64,000 bases of DNA, taken from the NCBI GenBank assembly GCA_964016885.1, contig OZ024757.1:17236001-17300000 (forward strand). Reading direction: 5' to 3'. The stretch comes from Eledone cirrhosa. Its lineage: Eukaryota. Below the pieces are notes generated by a model that saw nothing but the letters and a program-made list of their open reading frames with translations, was not told the origin of the DNA and did not search any database. Position numbers and translations under genes: made by a program. Shown here piece after piece: positions 15,986-28,245 of the stretch (the first letter of the stretch is position 1; each line of letters begins with the position of its first letter).

Positions 15986-16966
15986 CATACAGACACACCA
16001 CACATACACACACACACTGGTGATTTCAATGCTGTTTGTTGTTCATGACAAAAATGGTATTGACTGTAAAAGACTGGTTTTGACTGTAAATAACTGAACT
16101 TTTGTGTGTTCCCCTAATATATCATCACCACAATCATCATCAGCATCGGTTTATGTCTATTTTTGATGTTTGGCTTTGGTAAGACAAGTTGTCACATTCT
16201 GGGAGACCAGACAAGCAGGTCAGACGACTGTCTTGCTCATATATTCCATTTTGGCATAGTTTCTATGCCCTTCCTAATACCAACCACTTCTAGAATTTTA
16301 GAAATTTTGCCTCCCATGTGAACTAGCAAAATCTTTAGATCTGAACACACATATGGGAGACACATGTAGGAGACATGGTAAAAAGGCTCCCAGTCCGCAC
16401 TGTAAATGTGGTTGGTGTTAGGAGGGGCATCCAGCTGTAGAAAACCTGCCAGATACAGTTTTATACGAGCGAGACACCTGACCAATCTTGTCTCAAGTGG
16501 GACAAAACCGTCCAACCCATGCTACCATGGAAGATGGACGTTAAACGACAATGATATATAATAATTGTAAATCAAATTTTCGCTGCAGTACAGCAAGTAC
16601 TATTCGAATTGTTTGAGACAATCACAAAGCACTGAATGGATTGAAAGTTAAAAACAAACATTGTCCAGAGTCAACACTGTAATTATAGAATGTGACACCA
16701 AGAAAACCGACTAAAGGCACAAACTATACATGCAACAAAATAACGATATATACAAAAAGGTTCTTTTATACCTGAACCATCTCTGATTGATTAAAATTGA
16801 TATAATCGATAAAATCCTGGATAGGTTTCTGGAACCTCTGGAAGATATATAATGCACAACTAATACATATAATACATGTGTACCTCCATACTCGAACTGG
16901 AATTCCTTCATCTGCAGATATCGTCCTTTATTAAAATACTTCAACTACCACAGAATTTTGCGCTGC

Positions 16967-17009
<43 letters not shown>

Positions 17010-17748
17010 TACATGGTAGCTGGAAATTATTTAACTATTCTAAATAAAATAATAGTCTAATGATTTTTTTCATAACAAAATGTTTTTTTTTTTCTCATAG
17101 CAAGAAATTATCCTTGCATATTTTTTGTCCATTGCCAGAGAATGTCTTCACATACTACTGTTATGTTTCTTTTGGTTGTGCAGCAAGCAATGGCACTACC
17201 TTATCGCGACGGAATAATTGGGTCGTGCTTGGTCAGTCGCCAGGCCTTCAAGTTGGCGGCGTAGGGATACCCAGCAGGCGAATTTGCACCTAAATATCTA
17301 TTCAGTTCAGTTGCGTTCCAGGTTTTGTCCTGAGAGGACTAATGCAACTCACTGATCTTTACACAGCCCACTTCACAGTGAAACTAGGTGTCAATTCGTT
17401 TCAAAGAGAATAAATCATTATTACAAGTTTAAATATGCTTTCGGATTCTTTCATCAACTAAGGGAACTTATTACTAAACGTAAACACGCAGCCTACCAAT
17501 TTATATCATACTTAAGGATATCCTCTCTGCCATCAATAGAGAATGCAGCAGCACCACGGACAATACCAGTATACTACCAAATATCTTCTTTTCGTATACT
17601 TTATGCCACCAACATCAAATACAGTAAACAACCAAATCAAATCTAGCTAAAGTTGTAACATATTTGAAATATTTACTCCTGCGTCTACAGATTGATTTTT
17701 CTCAGTTTCAGGAGATCCCATATTTGGGGGAAAGTAGAAATTCTTTGC

Positions 17749-18301
17749 TTAACCCTTCAGCATTCACATTACTCACGCACCCGTCTTGAAAACGGAATAT
17801 TCACGACTCTCGACGGGTAGCACCCGGAATCGTTTTCTTCGAGCTCGTCCGATCAAGCTTACCCTATATAATAGACAGGACCCCCTGGCCGTGCTGCAAA
17901 GGCCCTGGACGGTCGTATTCCCCGCTGCCGACCCGTAAGCTTACGGGTCGACGGCGGATTGATTACTTTCTCGCGATCAAAGCGGGAAGGCGTGGACGAA
18001 TAAAGGTACGTTTGCCGGGTTCTAGGCGGAAGACGGAGGCGTCGTGTCGCGTCGCGTAACTTCGCCTCGCGTCGCGTATACACGCCGCCGTCTTGCCGTC
18101 TGTCTTTCCCGGCAGCTACTCGTAAAAGTACGGGTCGGCGGCGGAACGCTAAAGGCATAATATTGAATCTACAAGATTTTGATATTCATTTTGAGAACAA
18201 TACCTTAACATCAGTATGAGTAGCAAGTTATTGCTGGTTTGAAAAGAAAGAGGTGAGAGAATTCTGGCTGGATATGGCCGGTTTAAATGCTAAAGGGTTA
18301 A
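17749..18301. mobile_element. piggyBac-type MITE (TTAA-CCCTT...AAAGGG-TTAA) carrying a GC-rich insert
   Basis: Ends TTAACCCTTCAGCATT and AATGCTAAAGGGTTAA; flanks align to the uninterrupted copy at 34856-35060. Confidence 0.8.
17775..18155 (+). ncRNA. Unassigned GC/CpG-rich highly structured element (candidate ncRNA or foreign DNA)
   Basis: About 58% GC and about 50 CpG by hand count. Stems: 17779-85/17812-18; 17922-37 with either 17942-57 or 18129-44; 17966-74/17982-90; long hairpin 18013-18114. Several G-U pairs favour the + strand. Confidence 0.45.
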
Positions 18302-18441
18302 ACTTTAATCTGTACTAATAATAAATAATTAATATATATATATATATATATATATATACGAGCGATATGGTCACCCAACCAAACTTGCCTCAAATGGGAC
18401 AAACCTGTCTAACCCATGCTAGCGTGGAAGATGGACATTAA

Positions 18442-18621
<180 letters not shown>

Positions 18622-18766
18622 TAAGTCTTGTCTCTCCTCTCGCTCTCCTCAGACAGACAGTGCTCTCATAATATAGATTTTATGTTATAAATAACATCTT
18701 AATGAAATTAGAGTTTTAGTAAATACTACTGAAAGGTCTTTGGAGTAACGTTACTCAATAAAGTGT

Positions 18767-19835
18767 GTAGCTCGGAGATCAGAAAGTCACTCCAGGTAGA
18801 GCTGCTATGTCTCCGAATTGAGAGATCACAGCTCTGATACTATGGACATGGGGTTAAAATGTCATAGGAAAGAATATGTAGCTTGGAGATCAGAATCACT
18901 TCAGGTAGAGCTGTTACATCTCCGAATTGAGAGATCACAGCTCCGATACTATGAACATGTGGTTAAAATGTCATAGGAAAGAATATGTAGCTTGGAGATC
19001 AGTCACTCCAGGTAGAGCTGTTACATCTCCGAATTGAGAGATCACAGCTCTGATACTATGGTTAAAATATCATAGGAAAGAATATGTAGCTTAGAGATCA
19101 GAATCACTTCAGGTAGAGCTGTTACATCTCCGAATTGAGAGATCACAGCTCCGATACTATGAACATGTGGTTAAAATGTCATAGGAAAGAATATGTAGCT
19201 CGGAGATCAGAATCACTTCAGGTAGAGCTGTTACATCTCCGAATTGAGAGATCACAGCTCCGATACTATGAACATGCGGTTAAAATGTCATAGGAAAGAA
19301 TATGTAGCTCAGAGATCAGAATCACTTCAGGTAGAGCTGTTACATCTCCGAATTGAGAGATCACAGCTCTGATACTATGAACATGCGGTTAAAATGTCAT
19401 AGGAAAGAATATGTAGCTCGGAGATCAGAATCACTTCAGGTAGAGCTGCTACTTCTCCGAATTGAGAGATCACAGCTCCGATACTATGAACATGTGGTTA
19501 AAATGTCATAGGAAAGAATATGTAGCTCGGAGATCAGAATCACTTCAGGTAGAGCTGCTACTTCTCCGAATTGAGAGATCACAGCTCTGATACTATGACC
19601 ATGCGGTTAAAATGTCATAGGAAAGAATATGTAGCTCAGAGATCAGAATCACTTCAGGTAGAGCTGCTACTTCTCCAAATTGAGAGATCACAGCTCCGAT
19701 ACTATGGGCATGTGGTTAAAATGTCATAGGAAAGAATATGTAGCTCGGAGATCAGAATCACTTCAGGTAGAGCTGCTACTTCTCCAAATTGAGAGATCAC
19801 AGCTCCGATACTATGGGCATGTTGTTAAAATGTCT
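18767..19835 (+). repeat. 109-bp tandem array derived from RTE LINE coding sequence, about 10 copies
   Basis: AGATCAG recurs at 19204, 19313 and 19422; the unit aligns to the LINE fragment at 23805-23905. Confidence 0.9.
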
Positions 19836-20188
19836 CAGGAAAAAACCGCTTGACAGATTTTATGTGCAAAACCAACAGGCAAGAGACCCAGAGGTAGACC
19901 CCTGAACAAGATGGTTGGATAACATGAGCTTGGCTGGTCACACTCAGGGATCCAGCTGGATCAGTTGGAGATGGTTGCTTCTGACAGGACCTGCTGGAAG
20001 GAGTGTTTGAGGACTCTGCCCCCACGACCTTCTCAGGAATATGTGGGCAAAAAAGAAGAGAGTAAATACTACCAAAATTCTTAATTACTTAAAATACAAA
20101 GTATTTCATTAGAAATATGGTAACGAAAGGGTTAATAATGCTGTCTGTTCCTTATCTAAAATCTCCAATATATTTGTTGTTGTTCCAG

Positions 20189-20255
20189 GAGAAGTACATA
20201 CAACCATTTAAGCAGTTGGCTAACAGATGCAAGGAATTTAACAAATCCTAATACG
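20189..20255 (+). CDS. RAB14: Rab14 coding exon 4 ([22 protein letters not shown])
   Basis: ttccAG acceptor and GTAGGT donor; 67 nt, in frame; Rab14-typical peptide. Confidence 0.97.
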
Positions 20256-20324
20256 GTAGGTTCTAATTCAACCTTCCACTTAGTCATCCTCCCCTGCCTC
20301 TTCTTCCACATGTCCACTAAATCA

Positions 20325-20915
20325 TCATTGTCATCGTCATCATACCGTCATCATCACCATGCCGTCATCATCACCATGCCGTCATCATCACCATGCCGTC
20401 ATCATCACCATTTCACCACCATGCCGTCATCATCACCATACCGTCATTATCATCACCATGCCGTCATCATCACCATGCCGTCATCACCACCATGCCGTCA
20501 TCATCACCATTTCACCACCATGCTGTCATCACCACCATGCCGTCATCATCACCATTTCACCACCCTGCCGTCATCATCACCATGCCGTCATCATCATCAC
20601 CATGCCGTCATCATCACCATGCCGTCATCATCATGCCGTCAACACCACCATGCCGTCATCATCACCATGCCGTCATCATCACCATGCCGTCATCATCACC
20701 ATGCCGTCATCACCACCACCATGCCGTCATCACCACCACCATGCCATCATCATCACCACCATACCGTCATCACCACCACCATACCGTCATCACCACCACC
20801 ATACCGTCATCACCACCACCATACCGTCATCACCACCACCATACCGTCATCATCACCATGCTGTCATCATTATCATCACCATCAACCATACCATCTTCAT
20901 CATCCATACCATCAT
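20325..20915. repeat. (CATCACCATGCCGT)-type triplet-based repeat
   Basis: Direct reading; source of His/Pro/Ser pseudo-ORFs. Confidence 0.9.
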
Positions 20916-21877
20916 CACTGGTTTGTCATCCACTGCACTGGCAACAGAAGTATCAAGAAGGCCTCTGTCTACGTGATTGATTGATTTGCTAGAAAGAGCA
21001 GCTAAATCTCCATCAAATCACACATTATTTAAAGGGCACATTGGATTAATTCTGTCCAGAATAAATTAGACACAACACAATAACAACAGCATGCATTTTA
21101 AGGCTGCTTTACCTTCTAAAGACGGTGTTTATCCTTGTGGGGTCCCATGACAAGATTCATATTCATTGCAGGGACATTTTGAGGCAATGTTTTATGGTCA
21201 GATGTCTTTCCTGGTGCCAATCATTTTAGTCATCTCTTACTAGAAACAGAGATACAGTGTACCTATTTTAAACTGGGTATGCACAGTCCAGCTGACATAT
21301 CTGAAAAATTAGATACAGGGATACTGTGTACCTATTTTAAACTAGATAAACATAGTCCAGTCTACATTATACCTGAAAAACTAGACACACGGATACAGTG
21401 TACCTATTCTAAACTGGATATATTATATCTGAAAAACTAGACACAGGGATACAGTGTACCTATTCTAATACAGAACCTAACTCAATACAGAACAAATACC
21501 ATAAGGGTCCTTGTTTAAAATGAATCATTTTTTTTCAGTTTTCACACTGATGCCTACATTTCTATTGACAAATGATTTACACAGTCATACACATGCAGGC
21601 ATGTGCACACACACACACACACTATAAAATGGTTGTGCTGGTGTCATGACAAAAAGCACCCAGTACTCACTGTAAATGAGGTTGGTGTTAGGAAGGGCAT
21701 CCAGCTGTAGAAATCAAGCCAAAATCAGTTCCGTATGTACAAGACATAGTCATCTGACCTAACATTGCCTGTGCTAGCATGGAAAAATTGACGTAAAACG
21801 GTGATGATGATGATGATGATGATGATATATAGTATTGTGTTAAAGTAATATATTTCTAATTATTTTGTATTTATCAG

Positions 21878-21965
21878 GTTATATTTTTGATTGGCAATAA
21901 ATCAGACTTAGAAGGACAAAGAGATGTTACATATGAAGAAGCTAAACAGTTCGCTGAAGAAAACG
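21878..21965 (+). CDS. RAB14: Rab14 coding exon 5 ([29 protein letters not shown])
   Basis: NKxD G4 motif; atcAG acceptor and GTAAG donor; 88 nt. Confidence 0.97.
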
Positions 21966-22029
21966 GTAAGTTGTCCTCTCTTTGTGTCATTGTCCTGTAG
22001 TAGGGATAGAGAGTTGCAGCATCTTTCTT

Positions 22030-22745
22030 GGTAGTGCTGGTGCCATGATATAATGCACCTAGTACACTCTGTAATGTGGTAGTGCTGGTGCCATGATATA
22101 ATGCACCTAGTACACTCTGTAACGTGGTAGGGCTGGTGCCATGATATAATGCACCTAGTACACTCTGAAACGTGGTAGTGCTGCTGCCATGATATAATGC
22201 ACCCAGTACATTCTGTAACGTGGTAGTGCTGCTGCCATGATATAATGCACCCAGTACACTCTGTAAAGTTGTAGTGCTGGTACCATGATAAACTGTACCC
22301 AGTACACCCTGTAAAGTTGTGGTGCTGGTACCATAATAAACTGTACCCAGTACACTCTGTAAAATTGTAGTACTGGTACCACGATAAACTGTACCAAGTA
22401 CACTCTGTAAAGTGGTAGTGTTGGTGCCATGATAAACTACCCAGTACATTGTGTAAAGTGCTAGTGCTGGTGTTATGATAAAATGTACCTTGTACACTCT
22501 CAAGAGGTAGTGCTGGTGTCAATAAAATACACCCAATACACTCTGTAAAATGGTAGTGTTGGTGGCACAATAAAACACCCAGTACATTCTGGAAAATGGT
22601 AGAGCTGGTGCTAGGATAAAACACCCAGTACACTTTGTAAAATGGTATGCTGGTGGAACGATAAAATGCACCCAGTACACTCTGTAAAATGGTAGTGTTG
22701 GTGGCATGATAAATCATACCCAGTATGCTCTGTGGCACCAGCACT
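22030..22745. repeat. About 48-bp SINE-derived minisatellite
   Basis: Unit GTAGTGCTGGTGCCATGATATAATGCACCCAGTACACTCTGTAAAGTG. Confidence 0.9.
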
Positions 22746-23070
22746 ACCACATGTAGAAGCCATGCCAAAAATGAAACAGGGGTGAGACAAATCTCTCCAA
22801 TCCATCCAACATGGAAAGCAGATGTAACATGATGATGAGACTAAAAAATAAATATTGTCAGTGAAATATATATGATATTTACAAACAAAGGGTTGGAAGG
22901 ACCCTTTAGTTATGTCAAGGACATGATAGCCTCCCTAGTGTTTGGTGACCTACATGATAAACACACCCAGTACATGCTGTAAAGTGGTTGGTGTTAGGAA
23001 GGGCATCCAACTGTAGAATGCTTGCCAAACAAGGGGTTGAGAGGACCCTTCAGTATTGTGAAAGGATTTA

Positions 23071-23413
23071 CGGACTTATCTTCGAAAACATTTCTTCAAA
23101 TACAAATCTTTGAAGACATTTCTTCGAAATCAGATACTTCAAAGTGCATTCACTTCAAAAGTATTTTACTCAGAAAATCAAAACATTGAAAAGCTGGTTT
23201 CATACATCTTTTTCAATACAAGATTGGGCAATAATCTGTATAAAAGGGTAATCAAAACCCTAACGCTAACCCTTGCTTGTTTTCTGAAATAAGTCTGAAA
23301 TTGATGATTCGAAGTAATTAGCCTGTCGAAGGTATTCTACTGCAAAGTTTTTGGTCGAAGATATCTTACTTCGAAGATGTGATATCGAAGAAATGTTTTC
23401 AAAGAATAATCCA
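23071..23413. mobile_element. MITE with TTCGAA-subrepeat inverted ends and internal AACCCT units
   Basis: GGACTTATCTTCGAAAACATTTCTTC matches the reverse complement of GAAGAAATGTTTTCAAAGAATAATCC; TA flanks both sides. Confidence 0.55.
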
Positions 23414-23654
23414 TAAGTGTTGTAAAAGACATGGCAACTTCTCTGCACTTGATACGACCGTACTTAAGCAGGATACAGACCCCCATGGCCTGCCTGGGAA
23501 GTCAGTAGCTCTGCTTCACTACTGGCTTGGTCTATGTAGACTTGTCCAATTCTTGCTAATAGGAAAAGTGGATGTTAAATGATGATGATATGTCTACATA
23601 GTTCCACTGTGATTTGAACCTGTAACTAATATTTTGTTATCCCGTCTATTTCAG

Positions 23655-23685
23655 GTTTAATGTTCCTAGAATGTAGTGCTAAAAC
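23655..23685 (+). CDS. RAB14: Rab14 coding exon 6 (GLMFLECSAKT)
   Basis: 31-nt exon carrying the SAK G5 motif; ttcAG acceptor and GTAAGT donor. Confidence 0.95.
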
Positions 23686-23799
23686 GTAAGTAACTTGTGT
23701 ATGATTGTCAGTTCTTTGTCAGTTAAACCAGCTGGTATCTTGTCAGACTGGTGGGAGTCTTGTCCGGCCAGTGGGAGTCTTGTCCGGCCAGTGGGAGTC

Positions 23800-24105
23800 T
23801 TGTCTGTCAGAGAGTCACTCCAGGTAGAACTACTACTTCTCCGAATTAAGAGATCACAGCTCCGATACTATGGGCATGTGGTTAGAATGTCTCAGAAAAG
23901 AATTGCTGGACAGATTTTACAGGAGAAACCAACAGATAGGAGACCCAGGGGGTAGTTCCTGAGCAAGATGGTTGGATAACATCCCTGGACTTGGCTGGTC
24001 TCACTTGGGGATCCAGAAAGATCAACTGACATGACCTGCTGGAGGGAGTGTTTGAAGACTCTGCCCCCATGACCCTATCAGGAATAAGTGGACAAAGAAG
24101 AAGAA
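23800..24105 (+). mobile_element. RTE-like LINE 3' fragment (second family)
   Basis: ESLQVELLLLRIKRSQLRYYGHVVRMS..RRPRG; related copies at about 19830-20060 and 47030-47260. Confidence 0.75.
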
Positions 24106-24335
24106 AACAACTAGTATTGTGTCTGTTAGATCAGCTGGTATCATGTCTATCAGACCAGCTGGTATTGTGTCAGTTAAACCAGCTAGTATTTTGACACACC
24201 AGTTGGTATTTTGTTAGTTAGAGCAGATTACCTGAATATAATATAAAAGTAGAAAAGAAAAGGTTTAATTTGTAGGAAAGAAACGATAATTAATATTTGG
24301 AATCTGCTTAATGAAGTCATTTTGTTATATTTCAG

Positions 24336-24404
24336 TGGAGAAAATGTAGAGGATGCATTTCTGGACACAGCTAAAAAAATATACCAAAATATTCAAGATG
24401 GAAG
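24336..24404 (+). CDS. RAB14: Rab14 coding exon 7 ([23 protein letters not shown])
   Basis: ttcAG acceptor and GTAAGT donor; 69 nt, in frame. Confidence 0.96.
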
Positions 24405-25477
24405 GTAAGTGAAATTGGGGGATTTGATTGGCTGTCGGTTAGTTGCTAAAGAAGCTCGCCTTATTTGATTGGCTGTCAGTTAGTCCCTGGAGAAGCTCAT
24501 CTAATGCTCCCTTCAAAATCTCTATGTACATAGGCACTTTCATATTAGGGTCATGAAAATATATGGTTTTATATTAATGCAAGGCATTAGTGACCCAATT
24601 GACTATGTAAGACGAAAACTTGAATACGTCTGTGTAATAATACTACTTGAATTATACAATTATACAAATAAAGAGTTATGCCTCTTTAATTAGAACTGAT
24701 AAACAAATTGTCTGATTTTTAAGTGACCAACACAACATCAGTTCCAATATTAATGATAGTTAGTTAAAGTCTGTTCTAAGCTGAAAGCTCATCAAGCCAG
24801 TGCTTTTCCCTGGTTTCCCTGCTTTTAAGCAACTGAGGGTACAAGACTCTCCTTGGATAGGATGCCAGTCTATCACAAGATTAACTCCTCAGCTACTGAG
24901 TATACTAGAGAAACGTAAAATAAAGCGTTTTGTTCAAGAACACAACACAGCAACCTGTTCAGGAATTGAACCGACAACATTACAATCATACATCAAACAT
25001 TCTAACCATTTGGTTGATAACAAAACGTATTTGCATGGCTGTGGATAAATGTCACAATCACAACCTTAATTCTACTTCATCATCCCAAAAATGAAGGGCA
25101 CAGCTATGTGCTATAAGGAAGTTGAAATAGATCACAAGATGGAGAAGCTTGAAATCACTGTGAAAATTATCAGTTTTTGTACATTTCCCACTCATGGATC
25201 CAAACATTGTCACTTGTGTATTATGGAGAAATACCATGTTTAAAATAATTGTATGACTTCAACTTACCGGACCAACACATCAATGTATTTCTCCTGGACA
25301 TCTTCAGGCTCCTTAATGTTAAATGGCTGAAAAGCAACATTCTCACAGGAATGTCACTGTATGAACAAAGACTAACAGCATCTCTACATGTTTTTTCCAT
25401 TATGTTGTTCATGGGGCAAACATATGCTACCTAACCTAGAATCACAATATTGTGGATTTCTGTGTCACGAAAACATT

Positions 25478-26065
25478 CAGTGTACTCTGTAAACTGGTAG
25501 TGCTGGTAACATCATAAAACACACCCAGTACACTCTGTAAACTGGTAGTGCTGGTGCTATGATAAAACACACTCAGTACACTCTGTAAACTGGTAGTGCT
25601 GGTGCTATGATAAAACACACCCAGTACACTCTGTAAACTGGTAGTGCTGGTGACATCATAAAACACACCCAGTACACTCTGTAAACTGGTAGTGCTGGTA
25701 ACATCATAAAACACACCCAGTACACTCTGTAAACTGGTAGTGCTGGTGCTATGATAAAACACACTCAGTACACTCTGTAAACTGGTAGTGCTGGTGCTAT
25801 GATAAAACACACCCAGTACACTCTGTAAACTGGTAGTGCTGGTGACATCATAAAACACACCCAGTACACTCTGAAAACTGGTAGTGCTGGTGCTATGATA
25901 AAACACACTCAGTACACTCTGTAAATTAGTATTGCTGGTGATAAAACACACCCAGTGCACTCTTTATCGTAGTAGTACAGGGGCTATGATAATATGCACC
26001 CAGTATACCCTGTAAAGTGGTACTGCTGGTATCATGATAAAATGTACTCAGGGCACCCTGTAAAG
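25478..26065. repeat. About 48-bp SINE-derived minisatellite running into a SINE 3' half
   Basis: CAGTACACTCTGTAAACTGGTAGTGCTGG units continue into GTAAAGTGGTTGGCATTAGAAAGGGCAGCC. Confidence 0.9.
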
Positions 26066-27427
26066 TGGTTGGCATTAGAAAGGGCAGCCTGCTGTAGAAA
26101 TAATGCTTAAAATTGAACATATGAGCAAGACATAGTTTTCTAGGCCATGACAATCTAGTCAACCCATCTAAAATCTGTTTTGAGCCCGAGGTCATCAGAC
26201 TGGTGCTTATCCTAGTTTCTGTGGCATTAAGCGACTGAGAGAACAAGACTCATTCCTGGACAGGATGCCAGTCTATTGCAGGGTTAAACCCCCAGTTACT
26301 GCTGGTGCTCATTTTCAGCTGAGTATACTGTGGCAACATGAAATGAAGTGTTTTGCTCAAGACCGCAACACAGTTAGGAATCGAGCATTATGAGTAAAAG
26401 TCCAACACACGTACCACTTGGCCATGTTCCTTCACTAGTCAACCATACCAGCATGTAAAATATATCTATTACAGTCCCACACTATAAATGTGGTTGGTGT
26501 TAGGAAGGGCTTCCAGCTGTAAAATACCCGGTCAAATTTACAGTCCTCACTGGAGCAAGATGCGACACATGGCCAACCCTGGCCAGACTTGCGTCCCGCC
26601 ATGGGCGACCCGTCTAGCCCATGCAATCATGGAAGAATTAATGCTAAATGGAAATGATGATATTATCATTTGAGAAATGAAAATTTGATGTAAATATTAT
26701 CACTGTTTACAACTCATGCTTAGGGAAGTAAATCTATTCCACATGGCTTAGTGGTTAGAGCATTGGGCTTGCAATCGAAAGGTTGTGAGTTCAATTCTCG
26801 GAACGGGTGATGTGTGGTTTCCCTGAGTAAGACACTTTATTTCACATTGCTCCAGTTTACTCAGCTGTAGAAATGAGATGATAGGACTGGGGTCTATATC
26901 ATTCCACTGTAAAGTGGTCATGGAGGTGCCACGGCAAAAAAGCACCCAGCACTCACTGTAAATGAGGTTGGTGTTAGGAAGGGCTGTAGAAATCAAGCCA
27001 GAATCAGTTCCCGTATGAGCAAGACAAGGTCAGCTGACCGGACACTGCCCACATCAGGACAACCCGTCTAACCCATGCTAGCGTGGAAGAACGGACGTAA
27101 AACGGTGACGATGATGATGTTACCACATTAAACTTAAGGGTCAGTCCACTTCGTGGTCACAGCTGACAGTAGTAGTAGTAGTCTTCTTCTTCATTATGAA
27201 CATCTCTCTCTTACACACACACACACACCCTCTCAAGTGCACACACTGCATCTCTCTGTTTGTTATTTTTATGTATTTCTCTCTTTCACACACATACACA
27301 CAGTTTCTACATTTCTCTCTTTCTCACACACACTCTGCATCTCTCTCTCTTTCTTTCACACACAGTCTCTCTCCCTTTCTTTGACACACACAGTTTCTGC
27401 ATTTCTCTCTCTCGAACACTCTTTTTC

Positions 27428-27470
<43 letters not shown>

Positions 27471-27554
27471 CTCTGCATTTCTCTTTCTCAGAAACTCTCT
27501 TTCTCTCATACACCCACACTCTCTGCATTTATTTTTCTCTATATGTATCTCTCT

Positions 27555-27600
27555 CTTTCTTTCTCTCTATAACACACACACTCTTATTGTCTCTAACATT

Positions 27601-27631
<31 letters not shown>

Positions 27632-28135
27632 ATAACACACACACACACACACTCTTATTGTCTCTAACATTTCTGTCTCTCTCTCCCTTTCTCTCTATAA
27701 CACACACACACACACACTTATTGTCTCTAACATTTCTGTCTCTCTCTCCCTTTCTCTCTATAACACACACACACACACTTATTGTCTCTAACATTTCTGT
27801 CTCTCTCTCCCTTTCTCTCTATAACACACACACACACACACTTATTGTCTCTAACATTTCTGTCTGTCTCTCTCTCTTTCTCTCTCTATAACACACACAC
27901 ACACACACTCTTATTGTCTCTAACATTTCTGTCTCTCTCTCCCTTTCTCTCTATAACACACACACACACACTTATTGTCTCTAACATTTCTGTCTCTCTC
28001 TCCCTTTCTCTCTATAACACACACACACACTCTTATTGTCTCTAACATTTCTGTCTCTCTCTCCCTTTCTCTCTATAACACACACACACACACACACTTA
28101 TTGTCTCTAACATTTCTGTCTGTCTCTCTCTCTTT
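27555..28135 (+). repeat. About 60-bp tandem repeat abutting the Rab14 last 3' splice site
   Basis: Unit TTATTGTCTCTAACATTTCTGTCTCTCTCTCCCTTTCTCTCTATAAC(AC)n, about 9 copies. Confidence 0.9.
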
Positions 28136-28139
28136 CCAG

Positions 28140-28245
28140 TCTTGACCTGAATGCTGCCGAGTCTGGAGTGCAGCACAAGCCCTCGGCTCCCCGTAATGCC
28201 CTTAACACAGACCAAGCCCCCAGCAAAGAGGGTTGTGGCTGCTAG
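28140..28245 (+). CDS. RAB14: Rab14 last coding exon ([34 protein letters not shown])
   Basis: ttccAG acceptor; [14 protein letters not shown] Rab14 signature; CXC prenylation motif; TAG at 28243-28245. Exons sum to 645 nt = 214 aa plus stop. Confidence 0.96.

Noticed and set aside
17779-17796. ACCCGTCTTGAAAACGGA resembles the conserved 28S rRNA motif ACCCGTCTTGAAACACGGA
   Set aside because: One-base deletion and no continuation of the LSU sequence on either side; not called rRNA.
17859-18158. 99-aa Arg-rich ORF on the minus strand of the GC-rich insert
   Set aside because: Expected by chance at this GC content; no recognisable domain. I also found no hammerhead core in the insert on either strand.
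20310-20984. His/Pro/Ser-rich ORFs of about 200 aa in all three frames
   Set aside because: Simple repeat in Rab14 intron 4; being open in every frame argues against coding.
23254-23275. AACCCTAACGCTAACCCT as interstitial telomere
   Set aside because: Only about 3 units, internal to a MITE.
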